A stretch of 64,000 nucleotides of DNA from an uncultured Ignavibacteriota bacterium (GTDB lineage Bacteria > Bacteroidota > Ignavibacteria > Palsa-1295): contig CAIUMP010000024.1 of the NCBI GenBank assembly GCA_903900335.1, positions 22,774-86,773 of the forward strand, in the 5' to 3' direction. Of this stretch, positions 32,004 to 38,716 are shown piece by piece. Each line of letters opens with the position of its first letter. Positions within the stretch are counted from its first letter, which is position 1. The translations under genes were made by a program, and so were the position numbers. A model generated the notes under the pieces. The model was not told where the DNA came from and searched no databases. It saw nothing but the letters and a program-made list of their open reading frames with translations.

Positions 32004-33209
32004 TTGGGAGAGAAAAAGTTACACCTGATTTGGGCTTCCCCGCTGTACCTGTTTCGACCTCAGACTTGGAGCATTTTCTCAATTCCGGCGCCGCTCTTCT
32101 ACGACCTATTTCACTATTCGAAACGCCAGCATCCGTTTCCAGAACAGCCAGTGCCACAGAGAAATACCCCCTAATTCATTCTCTGGACCTTGAGCATTGC
32201 ATTAACGTATTCATCCTCGAAGCGCCGGTCGCGAGGTGCGTTATGCTCTCATTCGTTCAGAGTATTTGATGATGTTCGGTTTACCCCTGCCTTGAATTAG
32301 TTCATCCGTCGTCGACATTCCACTCGAAACTTTCTGTCGTCGGAATCATTCGGCGGCACGGAAGCAATATTTTGCGAGCTTACGGATTTTCTACGCAATG
32401 TGTCTGTCCTATGGTACCAATTCTCCGCCCTAATTCCCCTTTCCACCCTTCGTTCAACAACTTACAAACAACTTCTGAAAATCGGTGGATAACCCTTTGG
32501 AGGGTATGGGAAGAATGTGGGAAGATTTGGGGTGTTTGGGTGAACAATCCGAGAGGAAAAACTGTAATTTTGCATCGCGGAATTCGAGCGGGATTCTTCG
32601 CGCTCGACTGTGTGACAGGCTTCGATTTGCCGCCCAATTCGACACACCAAGGCCCATCACACAAAGGATGTTTCTCATCCCTAGCCCCCGCCGCAATTGA
32701 CCTGCGTACCGTGTTGTGATACAAGCCCACGCACGCAAGCCAGGAATCGCTCGTATAAGGATTCCACCTGGACCCGAGATGGCCGGATCATTCGCATCCC
32801 ATTGATCGCGAATGAGAGCGCAGCACTCCTGCGCTTCATAGCCGATAACAGCCACCACCTTTCCAGACCCATGGAAGATCGCTCATCGTTACCGATGGTC
32901 GGTCATTCACAGCCCCCTGTTATTGACATCGGGTATTTCGTCAGTTAAAGCGGAAACGCACTGTCGCCGCTGCGTTTCTGCGAGAGGAGGTTAATAAAAC
33001 CTTCCGGGGAGTCGTCCGCCTTTTTTGACAAAAGGGCGCTTTGGCCCAGTTTAGCCAAAGGCGGGCTATGTCCGAACATGTATGGTCGGGCCAATACTAA
33101 AATTCATAGAGAATCATACGTGGCAACACGAACAATTCTTCAACTCTTTCTTCGCCAGACAGGCGTGGAAAGCAAGCAAAAACAGAGATAATAGCGTTAG
33201 AATCAAGCT

Positions 33210-36200
33210 ATGCAGATCACACGTCGTTTCACCAAGGCCGGAACCAGCCCAGCAGATCAATTTCAATACACGAAGCGCGCCAGCGTGCTCCGCAATCCCG
33301 ATGGCAAGCCCATCTTCGACATGCAGGACATCGAAGTCCCGAAGCATTGGTCGCAAGTCGCCACCGATATTCTTGCGCAGAAGTATTTCCGCCGGGCGGG
33401 AGTGCCGCAGATGGATACGTTCGGCACGCCACTTCGCGATAAGGACGGCAATGTGATCGTCGGACCAGAGCGCTCGATCAAGCAGGTCGCGCATCGCCTC
33501 GCAGGTTGCTGGCGCGCATGGGGTGAAGACCACGGCTATTTCGAAACGAAGGAAGACGCGCAGGCTTTCTATGACGAGATCAGCTACATGATCCTTCGCC
33601 AAATGGCCGCACCGAACTCGCCGCAGTGGTTCAACACCGGCATCGCGTGGGCGTACGGTATCACGGGCACCGCGCAGGGACATTGGTATGTCGATCCGAA
33701 GACGGGCGAGATGACACGCTCGACGGATGCATACACCCATCCGCAGCCACACGCTTGCTTCATTCAGTCCATCAAGGACGACATGCTGAACGAAGGCGGC
33801 ATCTTCGATCTCGTCACACGCGAGGCGCGTATCTTCAAGTATGGTAGCGGTACAGGCACGAACTTCAGCTCGCTGCGTGCTGAAGGCGAGCGTGTTTCCG
33901 GTGGTGGAGCAGCATCCGGCGTGATGAGCTTCCTCAAGATCAACGACCGCGCGGCTGGTGCTGTGAAGTCGGGCGGGACGACGCGCCGCGCCGCGAAGAT
34001 GGTTATCCTCGACATCGACCATCCGGATATCGAGACGTTCATCGAGTGGAAGGCCCTCGAAGAGCAGAAGGTCGCCGCGCTCGTCGCCGGTTCGAAGATC
34101 TGCGACATCTTCCTGAACACGATCATGAAGATCGCGGCAGAAGGCGGCACAGACCGCAAGGAGAATCACGATCTCGACATCGCGATCAAGAAGGCGCTCG
34201 CTCGCGGCGTGCCGATGAACTACATCCTCCGCTGTTTGCAGATGGTCACGATGGGTTATGACCACATCGACTTCAAGACATTCGACACACACTACGAAGG
34301 CGAAGCGTATCAAACCGTTTCGGGACAGAACTCGAACAACTCCGTCCGTGTCACGAATGACTTCATGCACGCCATGATAACCGATGGCGATTGGGAATTG
34401 AAATTCCGCACGAGTGGCAAGACTGCAAAGAAGATCAAGGCGAAGAAGCTCTGGGAGAAGATCACGATGAGCGCGTGGGCCTCAGCCGATCCCGGTCTGC
34501 AATACGACACGACGATCAACGAGTGGCACACCTGCCCGGCCGACGGACGGATCAACGCGAGCAACCCATGCTCGGAGTACATGTTCTTGGACGACACGGC
34601 CTGCAATCTTGCATCGCTCAATCTCGCATACTTCTACGATGACGAGACGGGCGCGTTCAAGCTTGATGATTACAAGCACGCTGTCCGCCTCTGGACTATC
34701 GTGCTCGAAATTTCCGTGCTCATGGCGCAATTCCCATCGCGCGCGATTGCACAGGGTTCGTATGATTACCGCACGCTTGGTTTAGGTTATGCGAATCTCG
34801 GTACGATCCTCATGACGGCCGGTATCGCATACGACTCTCCCGAAGCACTCGCAATCGCGGGAGCACTCACGGCAATTCTTACTGGCGAGTCCTACGCAGC
34901 ATCCGCAGAGATGGCGAAGGACTTGGGTGCATTCCCGCGCTACGATGCGAACCGCGATGCGATGCTTCGCGTCATGCGCAACCACAAGCTTGCGGCGTAC
35001 AACGCTTCGCCGGATCGCTACGAAGGCCTCACCATCAAGCCGATGGGGATCAATCCAGAGCATTGCCCGACGGACTTGCTCGAAGCTGCGCGAGATGCGT
35101 GGGATCGCGCCAATGCGCTCGGAGAGAAGCACGGATACCGCAACGCGCAGGTAACGGTCATCGCGCCGACGGGCACGATTGGTCTCGTCATGGACTGCGA
35201 CACGACGGGCATCGAGCCGGACTTCGCCATCGTGAAGTTCAAGAAGCTCGCGGGTGGCGGATATTTCAAGATTGTTAATCAGTCCGTACACAAGGCGCTG
35301 ACGAAGCTCGGATATTCCGAAAAGGTTATCGAGGACATCGAGAAATACTCGAAGGGACACGGCACGCTCGTCGGATGTCCGGCGATCAATCGCCAGTCAC
35401 TCAAGCTCAAAGGATTCACCGACGAGAAGATCGACGACATCGAAAAGCAGTGCGATAACGTCTTCGATCTCAAGTTTGCATTCAACAAGTGGTCGCTCGG
35501 CGAGGAGTTCTGTGCGAAGCTCGGATTCACTCCGGCGCAGCTCGTCGATCCGAATTTCAACATGCTCTCCGCGCTTGGCTTCACCCGCGAGGAGATCACC
35601 AAGGCCAACGATTACATCTGCGGCACGATGACGCTCGAAGGCGCGCCAGGACTGCACGAAGAGCATCTCCCGATCTTCGACTGCGCCAACAAGTGCGGAC
35701 GCTACGGCACGCGCTACATCCCCTACGAGGCGCACATCCGCATGATGGCCGCCGCGCAGCCGTTCATCTCCGGCGCGATCTCGAAGACGATCAACATGCC
35801 GAACGAGGCCAACATCACGGACGTATCGAAAGCGTACATTGACTCCTGGAAGCTGATGCTCAAGGCCAACGCGCTCTATCGCGATGGCTCGAAGCTCTCG
35901 CAGCCGCTGAACTCCTCGAACGAAGACGCCGATCTCGCAGAGGAAGTGCTCTTCAATGATGTGGAAGACCCGGCAAACGAGACGATCGACGCGGCGATGC
36001 TGCATCAGATCGTCGAAGCGCAGAGTGGCATGACGCTCGCGCCGGAACTACGCCGTCACCGCTTGCCGCAGAAGCGCCACGGATGGCTCCGCGAGGCCGT
36101 CGTCGGCGGACACAAAGTCTATCTCCGCACCGGCGAATACGAGGACGGCCAACTCGGCGAGATCTTCATCGACATGTACAAAGAAGGCGCGTCGTTCAAG

Positions 36201-36761
36201 GGACTGATGAACTGCTTCGCTGTGCTCGCATCGAAGGCGCTGCAATACGGTGTGCCGCTCGAAGAGCTGGTCGATACGTTCACCTTCACCCGCTTCGAAC
36301 CCGCCGGAAGCGTACAGGGCCACGAAGCGATCAAGAACGCGACGAGCATTCTCGACTACGTCTTCCGCGCGCTTGGCTATGAGTATCTCGGCCGCCAGGA
36401 TTTCGTCCACGTCAAAGCCATCGACGAACCGAAGACGAACGGCCACAACGTCTCCAGCGATCATGTGCCGAGCATCGAAGTCGCGCCTGTGGCTGATGCG
36501 GTTGCGTCACAAGTCATCAGCGAGGACGACAACATTGCAAAGCTCCGTGAAGAACTCGAAGCAGAGCCGGTGATGTCCGCCGCCATTGCTGCCCCGATAG
36601 CACAGACAAACGGACATGCCACGCTCGCCACCAAGCGCGGCGAAGCCCGCGCCAAAGGCTACACCGGCGAACAATGCTCCGCCTGCGGCTCCATGCGCGT
36701 CAAGCGCAACGGCGCGTGTACGCTCTGCGATGATTGCGGGACGACGAGTGGGTGCTCGTAA
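33210..36761 (+). CDS. nrdJ: Adenosylcobalamin-dependent (class II) ribonucleoside-diphosphate/triphosphate reductase
   Basis: N-terminus [11 protein letters not shown]...[18 protein letters not shown], active-site region [28 protein letters not shown], and the C-terminal zinc-ribbon/redox tail [28 protein letters not shown]. Confidence 0.95.
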   Translation: MQITRRFTKAGTSPADQFQYTKRASVLRNPDGKPIFDMQDIEVPKHWSQVATDILAQKYFRRAGVPQMDTFGTPLRDKDGNVIVGPERSIKQVAHRLAGCWRAWGEDHGYFETKEDAQAFYDEISYMILRQMAAPNSPQWFNTGIAWAYGITGTAQGHWYVDPKTGEMTRSTDAYTHPQPHACFIQSIKDDMLNEGGIFDLVTREARIFKYGSGTGTNFSSLRAEGERVSGGGAASGVMSFLKINDRAAGAVKSGGTTRRAAKMVILDIDHPDIETFIEWKALEEQKVAALVAGSKICDIFLNTIMKIAAEGGTDRKENHDLDIAIKKALARGVPMNYILRCLQMVTMGYDHIDFKTFDTHYEGEAYQTVSGQNSNNSVRVTNDFMHAMITDGDWELKFRTSGKTAKKIKAKKLWEKITMSAWASADPGLQYDTTINEWHTCPADGRINASNPCSEYMFLDDTACNLASLNLAYFYDDETGAFKLDDYKHAVRLWTIVLEISVLMAQFPSRAIAQGSYDYRTLGLGYANLGTILMTAGIAYDSPEALAIAGALTAILTGESYAASAEMAKDLGAFPRYDANRDAMLRVMRNHKLAAYNASPDRYEGLTIKPMGINPEHCPTDLLEAARDAWDRANALGEKHGYRNAQVTVIAPTGTIGLVMDCDTTGIEPDFAIVKFKKLAGGGYFKIVNQSVHKALTKLGYSEKVIEDIEKYSKGHGTLVGCPAINRQSLKLKGFTDEKIDDIEKQCDNVFDLKFAFNKWSLGEEFCAKLGFTPAQLVDPNFNMLSALGFTREEITKANDYICGTMTLEGAPGLHEEHLPIFDCANKCGRYGTRYIPYEAHIRMMAAAQPFISGAISKTINMPNEANITDVSKAYIDSWKLMLKANALYRDGSKLSQPLNSSNEDADLAEEVLFNDVEDPANETIDAAMLHQIVEAQSGMTLAPELRRHRLPQKRHGWLREAVVGGHKVYLRTGEYEDGQLGEIFIDMYKEGASFKGLMNCFAVLASKALQYGVPLEELVDTFTFTRFEPAGSVQGHEAIKNATSILDYVFRALGYEYLGRQDFVHVKAIDEPKTNGHNVSSDHVPSIEVAPVADAVASQVISEDDNIAKLREELEAEPVMSAAIAAPIAQTNGHATLATKRGEARAKGYTGEQCSACGSMRVKRNGACTLCDDCGTTSGCS

Positions 36762-36762
36762 G
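36702..36762 (+). repeat. nrdJ-tail repeat, copy 1 (the functional 3' end of nrdJ)
   Basis: aagcgcaacggcgcgtgtacgctctgcgatgattgcgggacgacgagtgggtgctcgtaag encodes [19 protein letters not shown]. Confidence 0.95.
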
Positions 36763-37097
36763 TGATGCTGGGTTTTGACATACTGAAACTTCGTACTTGT
36801 TTCGACCGAGGGCGTGTTCGATATAGCGACCACGCTCTCGATGAAATGAAGGCGGATGAGTATGGACGAATCTGGGATGACGATGTTTTCGAGGCACTCA
36901 TGAACGGCGAGATAATCGAAGAATATGCCAGTTCCTATCCGCTACCGAGTTGCCTGGTCTTTGGCAGGACTTCGGCGGGGAGAGCAATTCACGCTCTCTT
37001 CGGTTACAATAGTGAACTCGACAGAATCGTCGTCGGGACTGTGTATCAGCCAAACCCAAGATTATGGATAGCGTACAAGAAGAGGCGAGCCAAATGA
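36762..37097 (+). CDS. DUF4258-family protein (putative toxin), cassette 1
   Basis: YSDHALDEMKADEYGRIWDDDVFEALMNGEIIEEY...CLVFGRTSAGRAIHALFGY...VGTVYQP matches the DUF4258 pattern. GTG/ATG starts at 36762/36765, immediately after the nrdJ TAA. Confidence 0.8.
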   Translation: MMLGFDILKLRTCFDRGRVRYSDHALDEMKADEYGRIWDDDVFEALMNGEIIEEYASSYPLPSCLVFGRTSAGRAIHALFGYNSELDRIVVGTVYQPNPRLWIAYKKRRAK

Positions 37098-37324
37098 AAT
37101 GCGTGATCTGCCGCGGCGATGAGATCGTGCCGCGCAGTGTCCGTGAAGAAATCCACGTCGGCGACGACATCGTCTATGTCACGGTGGATGCACTTGTCTG
37201 CACACAATGTGGTGAACGCTACTTCGACCGCTCGACCGTCCGCAAACTCGAAGGCATCGAGCGCGAATTGGAGGGCAGCCGCGAGAAGCTGCCATCCATC
37301 GGGAAGGTGTTGGTGTATGGGTAA
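37094..37324 (+). CDS. MqsA/YgiT-type zinc-ribbon antitoxin-like protein, cassette 1
   Basis: MKCVICRGDEIV...ALVCTQCGERYF carries two CxxC pairs. The ATGA overlaps the DUF4258 stop. Its stop TAA (37322-37324) is formed with the first bases of repeat copy 2. Confidence 0.8.
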   Translation: MKCVICRGDEIVPRSVREEIHVGDDIVYVTVDALVCTQCGERYFDRSTVRKLEGIERELEGSREKLPSIGKVLVYG

Positions 37325-37383
37325 GCACAACGGCGCCTGCACGCTGTGCGATGATTGCGGGACGACGAGTGGGTGCTCGTAAG
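37323..37383 (+). repeat. nrdJ-tail repeat, copy 2
   Basis: aagcacaacggcgcctgcacgctgtgcgatgattgcgggacgacgagtgggtgctcgtaag has 4 mismatches to copy 1 (3 synonymous, 1 R>H) and retains the stop codon. Confidence 0.95.
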
Positions 37384-37394
37384 GAAGATAGAGG

Positions 37395-37760
37395 ATGTTG
37401 CTGCCCTCACGCCAATTCATTCTTCGGTCGTACGTAGCTCGGAATGGAAAGAGCTACTACGACGAATGGCTGAGCACGCTTGGCGGCAACATCCGACTTA
37501 ACGTGTTAAAGAACGTTAAGAAATTGACCGTCGGGCTTGGCGATCAGAAGAACTTAGAGAACAAGCTGTGGGAATTGCGCGTCGATTTTGCTCAGGGTTA
37601 TCGCATTTATTTTTATCGCGACGGCCTCGAAATCATTTTGCTGCTGGCAGGGTCAGACAAACGCGATCAGGAAAGAACTATTAAGCTAGCTCGCAACTTT
37701 ATTAAGGAGATCGAAGAAGACAAGAAGCAAGGAACTCACTATGCCGAGCGTACCCCATGA
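37395..37760 (+). CDS. RelE/ParE-superfamily addiction-module killer protein (HigB-like), cassette 2
   Basis: YDEWLSTL...GDQKNLENKLWELRVDFAQGYRIYFYRDGLEIILLLAGSDKRDQERTIKLA matches the TIGR02683-type killer pattern. Confidence 0.8.
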   Translation: MLLPSRQFILRSYVARNGKSYYDEWLSTLGGNIRLNVLKNVKKLTVGLGDQKNLENKLWELRVDFAQGYRIYFYRDGLEIILLLAGSDKRDQERTIKLARNFIKEIEEDKKQGTHYAERTP

Positions 37761-37989
37761 CGATATTATGCGAAAGTATCTCGCCGAACCCTCCGAGGCC
37801 GAGGCGTATCTAAATATCTGCCTTGAGGACGGTAATCCCTGGCTCATTGCAGACGCTTTTCGATTAGTCGAGCAAATTCACGGTAAGAAATTGCATTTCC
37901 GAGTACGAACGGAAGCGGTTAAGCGTAGTGTACCTCTTGCGACCTTGCCAAAGGCACGACCGACGCGGACTAAGAGAGCAGTGGCATAA
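37741..37989 (+). CDS. Addiction-module antidote-like protein with no recognisable HTH region, cassette 2
   Basis: The N-terminal LAEPSEAEAYLNICLEDGNPWLIADAFRLV resembles the HigA/TIGR02684 antidote N-terminus. The C-terminal half does not look like the expected HTH. The stop TAA (37987-37989) overlaps the start of repeat copy 3. Confidence 0.5.
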   Translation: MPSVPHDDIMRKYLAEPSEAEAYLNICLEDGNPWLIADAFRLVEQIHGKKLHFRVRTEAVKRSVPLATLPKARPTRTKRAVA

Positions 37990-38040
37990 GCGCAACGGCG
38001 AGTGTACGCTGTGCGATGATTGCGGGACGACGAGTGGGTG
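37988..38040 (+). repeat. nrdJ-tail repeat, copy 3 (3'-truncated, no stop codon)
   Basis: aagcgcaacggcgagtgtacgctgtgcgatgattgcgggacgacgagtgggtg has 2 mismatches to copy 1 over 53 nt and then diverges (tagctttg instead of ctcgtaag). Confidence 0.9.
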
Positions 38041-38052
38041 TAGCTTTGAACT

Positions 38053-38316
38053 ATGGCAGAGATTAGCCGGTTTTTTGGAATTGTCATCGCGATGTATTAT
38101 CGCGAGCATGTACCGCCGCACTTTCACGCTGCGTATGGCGAGTTCACGGCACAGATTTCCATTCAAGACCTCCGGGTCATCGAAGGATACCTGCCGAAGC
38201 GGACGAAGTCATACGTGCTGGAATGGGCTGATGAGCATCGAGACGAATTGATGCAAAACTGGGTGGATATGCAAGCGAAGAAGCCGTTTACGAAAATTGA
38301 ACCGTTAGCGCCATGA
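38053..38316 (+). CDS. DUF4160-family protein, cassette 3
   Basis: MAEISRFFGIVIAMYYREHVPPHFHAAYGEF is the hallmark DUF4160 N-terminus. Confidence 0.8.
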   Translation: MAEISRFFGIVIAMYYREHVPPHFHAAYGEFTAQISIQDLRVIEGYLPKRTKSYVLEWADEHRDELMQNWVDMQAKKPFTKIEPLAP

Positions 38317-38576
38317 ACTTTGTAACCGCCGTTCGCTATGTTTCGGGCTACAAGCTCGAACTGAAGTTTAAGGATGGCCTTGAGGGCATTATCGACCTCG
38401 AAGCCGAACTGTGGGGAGAGATGTTCGAGCCGCTAAAGGACGTGGACTTCTTCAAAAAGGTGCGCGTAGATGCCGAACTCGACACCATCGTCTGGCCCAA
38501 CGGTGCCGATTTAGCGCCGGAGTTCTTGCACGAGACCGTGCTCCAATCAAACGAGCAACTGGCTGCTGCACACTAA
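38313..38576 (+). CDS. DUF2442-family protein, cassette 3
   Basis: V.YVSGYKLELKFKDG...VDAELDTIVWPNGADLAPEFL matches the DUF2442 pattern. The ATGA overlaps the DUF4160 gene. Confidence 0.8.
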   Translation: MNFVTAVRYVSGYKLELKFKDGLEGIIDLEAELWGEMFEPLKDVDFFKKVRVDAELDTIVWPNGADLAPEFLHETVLQSNEQLAAAH

Positions 38577-38580
38577 CACC

Positions 38581-38641
38581 AAGCGCAACGGCGCGTGTAC
38601 GCTGTGCGATGATTGCGGGACGACGAGCGGGTGCTCGTAAG
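38581..38641 (+). repeat. nrdJ-tail repeat, copy 4 (followed by the terminator)
   Basis: aagcgcaacggcgcgtgtacgctgtgcgatgattgcgggacgacgagcgggtgctcgtaag has 2 mismatches to copy 1, both synonymous, and retains the stop codon. Confidence 0.95.
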
Positions 38642-38665
38642 TAGCGACCTCATTAGGATAAGCAG

Positions 38666-38695
38666 AAGGCCGCCGAGAGGCGGCCTTTGATTTTT
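38666..38695 (+). terminator. Rho-independent terminator (presumed original nrdJ terminator)
   Basis: aaggccgcc (38666-38674), loop gaga, ggcggcctt (38679-38687), then tgattttt. It is the first strong terminator after the nrdJ stop. Confidence 0.8.
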
Positions 38696-38716
38696 CCAGT
38701 AGATACAAGAACAGAT

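Noticed and set aside
32941-33209. Considered a cobalamin riboswitch or NrdR boxes upstream of nrdJ
   Set aside because: No B12-box-like gccactg element and no paired 16-bp NrdR-type palindromes could be recognised by eye. An Rfam/motif scan would be needed for certainty.
33114-34370. Considered the long antisense ORFs inside highly expressed or large genes: 33114..34370(-) in nrdJ, 803..1792(+), 24692..25270(-), 25923..26615(-), 35397..36005(-) and 19403..20068(-)
   Set aside because: They lie fully within strongly supported genes on the opposite strand, have Arg/Ala/Gly-rich low-information translations and carry no motifs. They are typical spurious ORFs.
33210-36761. Considered an intein in nrdJ, given its 1183-aa length
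   Set aside because: The sequence reads continuously as RNR class II through the catalytic motifs. I saw no Cys/Ser-initiated insertion ending in HN followed by Cys/Ser/Thr. The extra length is in the linker before the C-terminal zinc ribbon.
36749-36790. Considered ggtgctcgtaa at the repeat end as a Xer/dif-like half-site (E. coli dif XerC arm is GGTGCGCATAA)
   Set aside because: Only one arm resembles dif. The sequence 6 nt downstream differs in every copy and does not resemble a XerD arm. The match may be coincidental and taxon-inappropriate.
37119-37382. Considered the ORFs 37119..37382(+) and 37928..38251(+), which end in or run through [14 protein letters not shown], as genes
   Set aside because: They are frame continuations of the displaced nrdJ tail into or over the neighbouring TA genes, in an alternative frame, rather than independent genes.
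36702-38641. Considered the four evenly spaced repeats as a CRISPR array
   Set aside because: The repeats are 53-61 nt of coding sequence duplicated from nrdJ. The 'spacers' are ~540-600 nt and consist of complete gene pairs. No cas genes and no leader are present.
36702-38641. Considered a diversity-generating retroelement (VR at the gene 3' end with TR copies downstream)
   Set aside because: No reverse transcriptase lies nearby. The mismatches between copies (g/a, g/c, t/c, c/g, c/a) are not adenine-specific, and the encoded peptide is conserved rather than diversified.
36702-38641. Considered classical integron attC sites / a CALIN
   Set aside because: The repeat lacks the imperfect-palindrome R''-L''...L'-R' organisation. 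gcgcaac is only a near match to RYYYAAC, and there is no complementary GTTRRRY at the other end. No intI gene is in the window. Only the cassette-like logic is analogous.
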